Part shown: one piece after another, positions 19,586 to 30,000 of the stretch | How the letters are laid out: every line of letters starts with the position of its first letter | Position numbering within the stretch: the first letter of the stretch is position 1 | Origin: an uncultured Clostridia bacterium | GTDB taxonomy: Bacteria; Bacillota; Clostridia; Lachnospirales; CAMVHY01 | Direction: 5' to 3' | Assembly: GCA_947073045.1 (NCBI GenBank) | Contig: CAMTJU010000001.1 | Location: forward strand, 45,783-109,782 | DNA: 64,000 nt | The notes under the pieces: generated by a model | Told to the model about the DNA's origin: nothing | Databases searched by the model: none | What the model saw: the letters and a program-made list of their open reading frames with translations, nothing else | Program-made: the position numbers and the translations under genes

Positions 19586-22500
19586 TGATGATTCATCAAT
19601 ATTTTTGTTCTTTTTTCTTTTCTTTTTTTTGCTTATTTTTTTAGTTTTAACTATTATTCCTTCCCCAGTTTTTCCTGGTACATTTTGTCTTCTTATCTCT
19701 TTTTGCTTCTTTTTTATTATTCTATTTTCTTGATTTCTCTCATTTTTTTCTGGTATATTTTTATTTTGTCTTCTTTTACTTTTAGAAGCCTTTTTTAATG
19801 AAGATGATGGAGATGTTGATTTATTTTTATGTTTATTCTTAATGTCATTCTTTGGAGCATCTTCTAATGAACTATTTGCAGTTTCAGAATTACTATTTTC
19901 ACTCTCAATATCATTAAGTAAATATGATGGGCTATTTTCTTTATTCTTAGAAGAAACATTTTTTACGCTTCTATTAGTATCACTATTTTCAATACTACTA
20001 TTAACATTAGAACCATTATTTGAAAATTTTTTTAACTCTATTTCGTTTTTGCCTTTATTTGATTCTTGATTTTCCTGAATACTATTTTTGGTTTTTTCTT
20101 CTTTTGATATTCCTTTGGAATTTTCTTTGCCGCGTTTTTTTTCTAAATCTTCAAATGTACTTTTTAAATTAACGAATTTAGTGTACAATCTAGTCTCATT
20201 ATTAGATATAAGCAAGTCATGAATAGCTTCTGGAAATTCCCCATCATTATACCTTTGAGAAATCTCATATATATTTTTTATATAAATTTCACTAATATTA
20301 ATATTCACTTCTAATGCTTGAACTACGTTTTGTGTTAAAAGTCCTGTTGGGTCATTTTGAGCAATTTTGAATACAAGTTGAATTAATTCCAGTTTACTAT
20401 TATTGTTTATGGCTTTATTCGCCAATATTTTATCTATACTTGCTTCTAAATTTCCATTTAAATTTTTTAATAAAGAAAAATCACTCACATTTAAAAAACC
20501 ACTATTAACACTCTCAGTTAACTTATATACATTCATTTCTGAGGAAATTTCTGATATCAATACTTTACTAATACAACAAATAACTTCAGGACAACGCATT
20601 CCATATATTGATGAAAGCGTCTTATTTAATAACTTATTAAAATTTTCTTGTTTTTTAGTTAAATCATCAACTTGCATCAAAAGTTGTTTTTTTCTTCGTC
20701 TAGTACGGGGTAAAATTGCACGTCCAATTTTATCTAATGATATTTTCATATTTTCTAATTCTTTTTTATCTTTTTCATATTGCAAATAAAATGCCTCAAT
20801 TAAACCTTTACTATTATTAAACATTCTTGCATCTTCAACTAAATTTTTTCGAAGTTCAGTATTCACATAATTAGATGGATCAGTAAAATATTCTAATCTA
20901 AATGACATTACCTTATTTTTATCCAGTAAAAAATTAATGGTCTGTAATATATCAGCAATACCTTCCGTATTCATTATTTCACTAATTAAATTTGATTTTT
21001 CTTGAGGGTTAAGTGACTTATAATAATCTGAATTAATAACTATACCTAATATATATGCAATTTCTTTTTTTCTCTGTTGTATTATTGAATTAGAAGGTTC
21101 ATTTTTTAGTTTATTATAAACAGCAGTTGATATATCAATATTTTCTGGCAAAAAAATCATACGTTTAAGATATTCTTGACCAGTTGAATCTTCAAGATAA
21201 ACAGATAGACGTTCATTTATGTTGATTTTTTGAGTGCCTGGTGAAGAGTATTCTATATCACCTTCAGGTTTTTGATAAATTACACCTTTTAAACTTTTAA
21301 AACCAAATTTGTCATTTTTATACATTACCTCTATAGAAATATCTGATACTAAGATCATTTGCGCAATTTTTAACAAAGTTTCTATATTTTGTTCCCTACT
21401 AGAACTATTTTTATCTATCAGTTTCATTATTTTTTTTATTTTTTCTAGATTTGGTTTATTAATTGTATCTATAAAATCAAGTAATCTAAGCATTTCATTA
21501 TGTGACAACCTATTTTCCAAGTAATAAATAAATTGTCGTTTCTGTGCATAAATTTCTCCATCGCTCGGAATTTCATTAAAAGAAACATAACTTGGATATT
21601 GGTCTTCAAAAAAGCGATAATATCCTTCCAATTGGCTTTTTAAAATTTGATAATTATTTAAATCATTTTCATTTACTTGACTGCTTAATCCATCCAATCT
21701 ATTTACAACACTCTGAATCTTTTTCACGTAATCATGTATTTTATTAACATTTTTAAACATAGGAATATTGTCACAATTAGGATTTAAAAAACGATCTTTA
21801 CCATTTACACTTATATGCAAATGCGGTAATATAATGATTTTTACCTCATTTAATATTGTACTTAATCTTTTACTTTTAAAATGTATTTTATCTGAATTTA
21901 AGTCATTCCAAAAATCTTGATTTAAAAAACGATGAAATTGATTCTCACCCAAAAATTCAAAACTACTATCAATAATTTTACTTGCTTCAAAATTATAAAC
22001 ACCAAATTTCAAATTAAAAAAAATATCGTTTGCTTGCTTAATGTATTTATTTAATTTTTCTTTGTCCTTTTCGGACATACCTTTAAATAATTCGTTATAT
22101 TTATCCAAAATTGTTTTGAAATAATTAACACAACATTTTTTACCCTCATGTTCAAAAACACAATATCGAGCAACTTCACTTGAAGCAAAATTATCATCTA
22201 CTATGGGTACAATATCTAAATTTTCTTTGTGAATTTCTGATGAAGCCCATTTTGTTAATTCTCCTTTAAAATTAAAATAATTTTCATTATTTCCTGCTTT
22301 CTCGGAAATAAATTTATGCAAACCAATACAATTCAAAAGCATACTTTGCATACTTTTTAAATATTCATAATCCAAGTTCGGATTTATAAGGTGAATCGTA
22401 AATATTTCTGGCAAAAAACTAACACGATTAATACCTTCATTAATAGCTTCTTCATCAGGATAGTCATTACTAAAACCAACTAAATACGCAGCTCTAGCCT

Positions 22501-22615
22501 TAATACTTAAACGTTCTGCTAACTCTTTGTCGCCTTGCGTCACTTTTTTTAAAGTTCTATCAATTTCTTTCCATCTTCCAGTATCTATAAATCCTTGATC
22601 TATAACTTCTTCCAT
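19562..22615 (-). CDS. Large paralog B (1017 aa), same uncharacterised family, long K/S/N-rich tail
   Basis: Start moved to the ATG at 22615 (MEEVIDQGFIDTGRWKEIDRTLKKVTQGDKELAERLS) after AAGGGGG. The TTG at 22702 in the ORF track is the -35 hexamer of the promoter. The last codons and the stop lie in the antisense of the flavoprotein fragment. Confidence 0.75.
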   Translation of the reverse strand: MEEVIDQGFIDTGRWKEIDRTLKKVTQGDKELAERLSIKARAAYLVGFSNDYPDEEAINEGINRVSFLPEIFTIHLINPNLDYEYLKSMQSMLLNCIGLHKFISEKAGNNENYFNFKGELTKWASSEIHKENLDIVPIVDDNFASSEVARYCVFEHEGKKCCVNYFKTILDKYNELFKGMSEKDKEKLNKYIKQANDIFFNLKFGVYNFEASKIIDSSFEFLGENQFHRFLNQDFWNDLNSDKIHFKSKRLSTILNEVKIIILPHLHISVNGKDRFLNPNCDNIPMFKNVNKIHDYVKKIQSVVNRLDGLSSQVNENDLNNYQILKSQLEGYYRFFEDQYPSYVSFNEIPSDGEIYAQKRQFIYYLENRLSHNEMLRLLDFIDTINKPNLEKIKKIMKLIDKNSSSREQNIETLLKIAQMILVSDISIEVMYKNDKFGFKSLKGVIYQKPEGDIEYSSPGTQKININERLSVYLEDSTGQEYLKRMIFLPENIDISTAVYNKLKNEPSNSIIQQRKKEIAYILGIVINSDYYKSLNPQEKSNLISEIMNTEGIADILQTINFLLDKNKVMSFRLEYFTDPSNYVNTELRKNLVEDARMFNNSKGLIEAFYLQYEKDKKELENMKISLDKIGRAILPRTRRRKKQLLMQVDDLTKKQENFNKLLNKTLSSIYGMRCPEVICCISKVLISEISSEMNVYKLTESVNSGFLNVSDFSLLKNLNGNLEASIDKILANKAINNNSKLELIQLVFKIAQNDPTGLLTQNVVQALEVNINISEIYIKNIYEISQRYNDGEFPEAIHDLLISNNETRLYTKFVNLKSTFEDLEKKRGKENSKGISKEEKTKNSIQENQESNKGKNEIELKKFSNNGSNVNSSIENSDTNRSVKNVSSKNKENSPSYLLNDIESENSNSETANSSLEDAPKNDIKNKHKNKSTSPSSSLKKASKSKRRQNKNIPEKNERNQENRIIKKKQKEIRRQNVPGKTGEGIIVKTKKISKKKKRKKNKNIDESSFSSSDTF

Positions 22616-22673
22616 TGAAATCGCCCCCTTCTTATAACTTCGGTATAAATTTAAGAGAAAGTATTGATACTTA

Positions 22674-22702
22674 ATTATATCATTATTAATTGACAAATTC
22701 AA
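22674..22702 (-). promoter_or_regulatory. Sigma-A-type promoter of paralog B
   Basis: TTGAAT (22702..22697), 17 nt, TGATATAAT (-10 at 22679..22674). Confidence 0.5.
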
Positions 22703-22902
22703 ATAAAATAATCTTTTGCCAAAAAAGTAACTTAAAAAAATTTTTGTTATCGAAATGCAATAAAAAAATTTGTTATTGATAATATATTACATAATCATTC
22801 ATTTATGCACAAATTTTAACACAAAAAATAAACCACATTTTATTAAATTTTTAATTTAACAATTTGAGGTAATTTCAATTAATAACTTATTTTGGCTTAT
22901 TG

Positions 22903-23090
22903 TTAATTGTTATATCCACAATCATTATTATTTTTGTTTACACCAGCTACATATGTACTTGGAATATTTAAGCTAATACCAGAAAAAATTTTAGGTTTCT
23001 GAAGCGCCACAAATACATACTTTGGGAAATCTAAGCTTTTAAAGAAATTACAACATAGATTAAGCAGCAAAACATTTTTACATTCTTTTG
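22903..23090 (-). pseudogene. Decayed 3' fragment of the Cys-terminated protein gene (copy 2)
   Basis: TTAATTGTTATATCCACAATCATTATTATT... aligns to 30597..30781 and ends at ..CATTCTTTTG. Confidence 0.65.
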
Positions 23091-23351
23091 ATTATTGTTA
23101 AAATCAGATGTATTTACCAAAACAAAAAAGTTAATGCAATAAAAAAGATGAACACAAAAAATTGGTCCATCATCTAAAAAATAATGCAATCATAATATTC
23201 AGCAAAGTTTGCACAAAAAAAATTAATCCATCTACAATGGAATCAAAAATTGTAAATGGATTATATATTTTACAGACGAAATAATTAATATCGATACCTT
23301 GACAAGCGGTTTTAATTTGTAAATTGCACTTTTTACAGATTATTAAAATAC
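23091..23351 (+). pseudogene. Decayed 3' fragment of the flavoprotein gene (copy matching 15601..15909, with an internal deletion)
   Basis: ATTATTGTTAAAATCAGATGTATTTACCAAAACAAAAAAGTTAATGC... aligns to GTTATTGTGGAAATTATCGGGATTTACCCAAACAAAAAAGTTAATAC... Confidence 0.7.
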
Positions 23352-26345
23352 TTAAATCGTTTTTTTGCGAAGACGTCGTTTTTTATTTTGGTCATTTTCT
23401 ATATTTTCGTTTTTTCTTCTTTTGGGTAATATTTTTTTACTTTGTTTTTTCCCTGAATTTTCATCAGTGAGTCTTTTTAATGGTTTTTCTCTATTCTGTA
23501 AATTTTCAACCTTCTTTTGCAATTTACGGTATTTAGTGTCAAAATCGTCACTTAAAAGCAAACAAACAATGGATCTCGGATAATTTCCTCTGGCATATTT
23601 TTGAGAAATATCATGTATAACTTTTATATAAGCTATACGATCCGCATAACCCATCTCTTTTAATCCTAGACTTACATTTTTCGTTAAAACTCCTGTTGGA
23701 TCATTTTTAGCAATTTCAGATACAAATTGATTTAACTTCGACTTACCACCACTTTCTTCTTCCAATTCAAAATTTATATCAGCATCGCTTTCTAATAAAT
23801 GCGATATTGCATCTTTAATAGATTTTAATTCAGCATCTTTATCAATATTTTCAAAATCATTTTTTTGGTCTTTCTCTGAATTTCTTTTGATTCTTTTATC
23901 TTGTTTTTCGTCATCGCGCTTTTCTAATGGTTTTGAAGCTTCAAGTTTATTGTGTAAATTATTTTCTATATAAGTATTTATCTTATAAAGCGAATTACTA
24001 ATATCATCAATTGAAACTTTTCTATGATTATATTTTTCAGAAATATTATATATTTTTTCCATGTAATATATACAATCATTATAATTATTAGCCGTCAATT
24101 CTAATACTAGATTTACATTTTCTGTTAAAAGTCCTACTTGATTATCATTTTTAGCAATTTTGAATACAAATTGAATCAACTCCAACTCCCTATCCCTGCT
24201 TATACCTAATTTCAATATTTTATTTATACTTTTGTATAAGTTTTCTGCAGGAAGCGATTTTATAGCTGCAATGCCATTATTAATAATATCAGATAGCATA
24301 TACAAATTTTCTGAAAAAACATTTGAATTTGTCATTTTAAATATACAATCAATAACTCTCTCACAAACTCTTTTATCTATTAAACTATTAAGCATCTTAT
24401 TTAATAATACATCAATTTTTCTTTGTTTTTTAGTTGTACCTTCAACTATACTTGACTTTTTTGCACTTTCTAAATATTGCATATAAAATGCATCAATTAA
24501 CTCTCTAAAAGAATAAATTAACTTAGAAATTCTCAGCACTTCTTCTTGATTTTCCTTTGATATATAGTTACTCGAATTAGTTAATTTACTTAATATATTT
24601 AACATTAATTCATCTTTATTTCTTTCTAGTAAAAAATCAATAGCATGCGTTATAAAATAAATATTGCTATCTTTAAATTGAGCGTCTTCAGGCAAAATAT
24701 AGTTAAACAAATCTGATTTTTCTAAATCTTCAAGTGATTTATAAGAAGTTGAACTAAGCATTATACCTAATACATGTGCAATTTTTTTATTTTCGGCTTC
24801 ATTTTTTTCTGAAGAATATCGTCGATGTGTTTTTTTTGCTTTTCGATAATGAGTTTCTTTTGCTTTTCTTTTATTATAAACAGCAGTTGATATATCAATA
24901 TTTTCTGGCAAAAAAATTATACGTTTAAGATATTCTTGATCAGTTGACTCTTCAAGATAAAAAGCTAAGCGTTCATTTATGTTGATTTTTTGACCATCTG
25001 ATAAATTCATCATCTCTATATCTTGTTCAGGTGTTTGATAAATTAAACCATTTAAACTCTTATAACCAAACTTCCCCTTTTGATACAACATCTCTACTGA
25101 AGGATCTGACACCAAGATCATTAGTATAATTTTTCCTAAATTTTCTTTTATTTGGTTTTCATCATATATATCTGGATTTATCAGATTCATTATTTTTTTT
25201 AGATTTGGTTTATCAATTGTGTATATTAAATCAGACAATCTAGCAGCTTTAGCAGTTACTTTGGTTAGGATTGAATTATAATTTTCATCACTTTCATCTG
25301 GCACCTCATAACTAAGGTAATCAATAAATTGGTCTTTCAGTTTATCAACATCTGCTTTTTTTGGCATTTGATTAAAAGAAACATAACTTAAATATTGGTT
25401 TGCAAAAAAGAAATAATACTTTTGCAATTCACTTTTTAAATTTCGATATTCAGGCAAATCGCTTTTATAGAAATTTTTTATTTCATTCAATTTATTTATA
25501 CTTTCTTGGATCATTTTCATATAATCATGTATTTCATCAGTATTTTTAAACACAGGAATATTTTCATGACTAGGATTCAAAAAACGATATCTACCATTTA
25601 CTTCTATACGCAAATGTGGCAATATATTGCTTTTTACTTCATTTAATATTGTATTTAATCTTTTACTTTTAAAACGTATTTCACCTGAATTTAATTTATT
25701 CCAAAAATCTTTATCCAAATTGCTATAATATTGAACTTGTCCAAAATAAATACTTTTTGCTTGATCAATAAATTCATTTAATTCTTTCTTATCTTTTGTA
25801 GAAATACTTGTAAGTAAATCTTTATATCTATCAAATATTTCTTCTAAACTATTAATACAATACTTTTTACCTTCATGTTCAAAATCATAAAATTGATTAA
25901 ATTCAACAGGTACAACATCTTCAAGTTCATTAAATCCAATTGTATTCCCCAAATTTTTATCAAAAACAGGTACAGCATTTGAAAATTCGCTATATTCAAA
26001 TTCCTTAATTTCAGAAAAATGTGAAACATCTGAATTTCTTATAAACGAATTAAGCAATTCATTCTCTAAATCGTCTTTCAAACTACTGTACTCATTTTTT
26101 CCTTTTTCTATTTTTTTTGATATAAATTTATGTAAAGCAACAAGATGCAAAAGCATATCTTGCATACTTTTCTTGTATTCAAAATTCAACTCCGGACTTG
26201 CCAATTGTTTTACAAATATATCATTACCAAAATTAGGATTAAGATAATTCAACGAATTGTCTCTCAACATCATACTTAAATATTCTGCTAATTCTTTGTT
26301 ACCTTGTGTCACTTTCCATCTTACAGTATCTATAACTCCTTCCAT
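23352..26345 (-). CDS. Large paralog C (997 aa), same uncharacterised family
   Basis: N-terminus MEGVIDTVRWKVTQGNKELAEYLS, with a short deletion relative to the others. Carries the conserved blocks EHEGKKYCIN, ILPHLRIEVNGRYRFLNP, QKININERLAFYLEESTDQEYLKRIIFLPENIDIS and two ..AKNDxxGxLT.. modules. Confidence 0.8.
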   Translation of the reverse strand: MEGVIDTVRWKVTQGNKELAEYLSMMLRDNSLNYLNPNFGNDIFVKQLASPELNFEYKKSMQDMLLHLVALHKFISKKIEKGKNEYSSLKDDLENELLNSFIRNSDVSHFSEIKEFEYSEFSNAVPVFDKNLGNTIGFNELEDVVPVEFNQFYDFEHEGKKYCINSLEEIFDRYKDLLTSISTKDKKELNEFIDQAKSIYFGQVQYYSNLDKDFWNKLNSGEIRFKSKRLNTILNEVKSNILPHLRIEVNGRYRFLNPSHENIPVFKNTDEIHDYMKMIQESINKLNEIKNFYKSDLPEYRNLKSELQKYYFFFANQYLSYVSFNQMPKKADVDKLKDQFIDYLSYEVPDESDENYNSILTKVTAKAARLSDLIYTIDKPNLKKIMNLINPDIYDENQIKENLGKIILMILVSDPSVEMLYQKGKFGYKSLNGLIYQTPEQDIEMMNLSDGQKININERLAFYLEESTDQEYLKRIIFLPENIDISTAVYNKRKAKETHYRKAKKTHRRYSSEKNEAENKKIAHVLGIMLSSTSYKSLEDLEKSDLFNYILPEDAQFKDSNIYFITHAIDFLLERNKDELMLNILSKLTNSSNYISKENQEEVLRISKLIYSFRELIDAFYMQYLESAKKSSIVEGTTKKQRKIDVLLNKMLNSLIDKRVCERVIDCIFKMTNSNVFSENLYMLSDIINNGIAAIKSLPAENLYKSINKILKLGISRDRELELIQFVFKIAKNDNQVGLLTENVNLVLELTANNYNDCIYYMEKIYNISEKYNHRKVSIDDISNSLYKINTYIENNLHNKLEASKPLEKRDDEKQDKRIKRNSEKDQKNDFENIDKDAELKSIKDAISHLLESDADINFELEEESGGKSKLNQFVSEIAKNDPTGVLTKNVSLGLKEMGYADRIAYIKVIHDISQKYARGNYPRSIVCLLLSDDFDTKYRKLQKKVENLQNREKPLKRLTDENSGKKQSKKILPKRRKNENIENDQNKKRRLRKKTI

Positions 26346-26412
26346 TGAAATCTCCCCCTTTTTATAACTTCGGTATATAAATTATAAATTCAGGAATAAG
26401 TATTGATACTTA

Positions 26413-26441
26413 ATTATATCATTATTAATTGACAAATTCAA
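26413..26441 (-). promoter_or_regulatory. Sigma-A-type promoter of paralog C
   Basis: TTGAAT, 17 nt, TGATATAAT on the minus strand. Confidence 0.5.
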
Positions 26442-26615
26442 ATTAGACAATCTTTTTGCCAAAAAATAATTTAAAAAATTTTGCTATTGATAATATGTGA
26501 CATAATTCATTCTTTTGCAGATAAATTTTAACACAAAAAATAGCCCCATTTTATTAAATTTTTCATTTAACAATTTGAGATCATTTCAATTAATTAGTTT
26601 ATTTTTGGCTTATTG

Positions 26616-26781
26616 TTAATTGTTGCATCCGCAGTCATTATTATTTGTGTTTACACCAGCAACATGTGTACTTGGGATATTTGAGCTAATACCTGTTAAA
26701 AATTCAGGTTTTTGAGGCGACGCAAATATATTTCAAAAAAATTACATGCGTTAAACATTGAAATATCTTCACATTCTTTTG
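26616..26781 (-). pseudogene. Decayed 3' fragment of the Cys-terminated protein gene (copy 3)
   Basis: TTAATTGTTGCATCCGCAGTCATTATTATTTGTGTTTACACCAGCAAC... aligns to 30597..30781 with a deletion. Same junction as copy 2. Confidence 0.7.
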
Positions 26782-27087
26782 AGCATTATTAAAATTATCG
26801 GCATTAGCTAAACAAAAAAGTTAATGCAATAAAAAAGATGAACGCAAAAAATTGATTCATCTTCTAAAAAATTTTGTTTTTACACCAATTAAATCATTGG
26901 ATTTCGAGAATACAATCATAACATCTGTAAGAGTTTACACAAAAAAAATTAATCCATCTACAATGAAATCAAAAATTGTAAATGGATTATATTTTGCAGA
27001 CAAAATAATTAATATTGATGAGCTTACAGACAGTTTGAATTTATAAATTACATTTTCTACAGATTATTAGATGGAAAAAATGCTTAA
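26782..27087 (+). pseudogene. Decayed 3' fragment of the flavoprotein gene (copy matching 15601..15913)
   Basis: The track ORF 26852..27046 translates to MIHLLKNFVFTPIKSLDFENTIITSVRVYTKKINPSTMKSKIVNGLYFADKIINIDELTDSLNL. This matches 48 of 64 residues of the intact C-terminus, and almost all differences are GC-to-AT changes. Confidence 0.8.
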
Positions 27088-30000
27088 TTATTTATTTTTG
27101 GACTTTTTTGTTTTATTTGACTCATTTTTTATTTTTCTTTGTCCTTTTTCGACTTTTTTTAATGGTCTGTTCACTCCATTTTTTTGTTCTTGGGCAACTT
27201 TTTTCATTGGAGATAATGAAGATGATGAAGAGAAATCTCCATATGTAACGTTAAGACTATCATTTTCATCGTATCCTTTAGCTTGTTCATAAATATCTGA
27301 ATTACTTACTCCTACACCTAATATATCATTTAATATATCATTTTTACAAAGAATTCTTTTTTCACCATCTGCTTTTTTTGCAGGTTTAGAATTATCTTTA
27401 TAACTTCCTGATAAACTATCAACAGTATTACTTGATGAATAATTTTCCTCTAAAAAAACTTCTGACTCTATTTTTTCTTGTTGTTCACTTAAATTATTTT
27501 CTTTTTCTGAATTTTCAAGAGTATCTATTTCTTCATGATAACTGCTATAATCTGCTTGATCCTCAACGTCACTATTTTTACTATCATCATTCTCTAGAGA
27601 AATATTACTAATATCTTCTGAATTATCTCCAACTTGAGAATCACCATTTTTATTATTAACGCTATCATTTGAATAACTTGATGACCCTGAATAATAACTT
27701 GATGAATAATAATTGGAACCTTTATCTAAATTATTTTCTACATTTCCAAAATTATTATTATTATTGTTATCCTCTAAAGAAGATTCTGACCTTACTCTTT
27801 CTTGGTTATTATGCGAATTTTCGCCAGCGACCCTTGGTATAGGTTTTAAAACTTTAATTTGATTGTGTAAACCACCGTATTTAGCGTATAATTTAGTATT
27901 TCTATCTTTATCACTATCGTCAGCACTATATTCAACTTCACTTTCAATCAAGTCACTAATATCCGATGGAAACTCTCCATTATTATACAATTGAGAAATC
28001 TTATATATATCATCCATATAAACTTTACGAACGTAATTATCACCAGCCGGCAATTTTAATACTTCATTTACTCTATTCATTAAATGGCCTGTTGGATCAT
28101 TTTGAGCAATTTTAAATACAAGTTGAATTAACTCCCACTCCCTATCCTTACTTATATTTAAATCCAATACATCATTTAAGTTTGAGGCCAAAATATTAGA
28201 AATTTGAATTAATTTTTCCTTAGACAAATCTTTTCTATCTATTAAACTATTAAGCGTCTGATTAAATAATTTATCAAAATTTTCTTGTTTTTTAGTCAAA
28301 TCATCAACTTGTTGCTTCAAAAGTTGTTCTTTTCGTTTTTTTCTTCGTCTTGTACTTGGCAAAATCGCAGTTTGTCCAATTTTGTCTAATGATTCTTTTG
28401 CGTTTTTTAATTCATTTTCGTATTTTTTATGTTGCTCATAAAATACATCAAGCAAATTATGACTATCATTAATTATATCAGAAATTCTCCACAATTCTTG
28501 CCGTTCTTTAGTTGAAATATAATTCTCTGGATTAATTAAGCGATTGAATATATCTAGTTTTACACCGTTATATCTATCTGTCAGATAATTAATTGCATGC
28601 GATATACTAACAGCAATGTTATTTTCAGTATTAATTATTTCATTAATAAAATCTTCTTTTGTTTCTTCAACTTCAAGTGAATTCTTACGTAATCTATAAC
28701 GAGTTAGCCGACTAACTTTTTCTGTTTCTTTAGGTTGTTCTTTAAGTAAATTTTTAAGTAATTCATAATAATCTTGTTCAACTTCATTTAATGCACCATT
28801 ATTACTAGACCGCTTTTTTTCTAATTTTTTTATTTCTTCTTCTATTTCTTTTTCTTCTTTTTCTATTGCTTCTTTTATTTTTTCAAGCTCATTTTGTTTT
28901 GTTTTTTTATCTTTAAGTGAATTAAAATGAGCTGAACTAAGCACTATATTGAGTACAGGTGAAATATTTGGATAATATAAATAAATATCAGATATATTAA
29001 TATTATCTCGCAAATAAATCATACGTTTAAGATACTCTTGACCAGTTGAATCTTCAAGATAACCAGATAGGCGTTCATTTATGTTGATTTTTTGATTGCC
29101 TAATGAATCCACCATCTCTATATCTTTAGATCCAGGTTTTTGATAGATTAAACCATTTGAACCATTTAAACTTATATACCCTAACTTTTTCTCTTGATAC
29201 ATCATCTCTACTGAAATATCTGATACTAAAATCATTTGCATAATTTTTCGCAAATTTTCTTGTCTTTGTTTACCATCAGGATACTTTTGGGGATCTGTTA
29301 GAACCAACATTTTTTTTAGATTTGGTTCATCAATTGTATATATTAAATCAAGTATTCTAAACTTTTCATCTTTTGACAAACTTTTGTAATAGTCACTCTG
29401 CACAAATTTATTCATCAGTGTATTAACATCTTTTCTAGTTGGCATTTGATTAAAAGAAACATAACTTAAATATTGATTCTCAAAAAATAAATAATACTTT
29501 TGTAATTCACTTTTTAAATTTTGATAATTAACTAAATCTCCTTCATTTAATTCTTGATTGCCCAATTCATTAAATCTATTTAAAACACGTTGGAGAATTT
29601 GCATCAAAGCTAATATATCATTAATATTTTTACACATAGGAATATTGTTATAATTAGGATTTAAAAAACGATCTTCGCCATTTACTTTTATATGCAAATG
29701 CGGCAATATTCCTTTCTTTACCATCGATAATACTTGATCTAAACTTTTATTTTCAAAAGATATTTCATCTGAATTTAATTTATTCCAAAATTCTGTATCC
29801 AATTTGTCACAATATTGAATGCTTTCAAAATTTCGAAAACCTCTTTTAATAACTTCTCTTGCTTCAACTGAAGGTCCATTTTTTAATAAGTTCAACACAT
29901 TGTTTAATTCTTCTTTATCGCTTGGATCCATAATAATACCTTCAAATTCATATTTATGAAGAACTTCTTTGATATTATTAATACAATATTTTTTACCTTT

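Noticed and set aside
22616-22702. 29-codon N-terminal extension of paralog B given by the ORF track (MNLSINNDIIKYQYFLLNLYRSYKKGAIS).
   Set aside because: Its TTG is the -35 hexamer and the extension spans the conserved promoter and leader. The other three paralogs start at the homologous MEGVI/MEEVI ATG, which is preceded by the RBS.
26852-27046. 64-aa ORF in the track that could be called a small gene.
   Set aside because: It is the decayed duplicate of the flavoprotein C-terminus (residues ~316-380 of the 14704..15909 product). It has no RBS, a TTG start and AT-biased substitutions.
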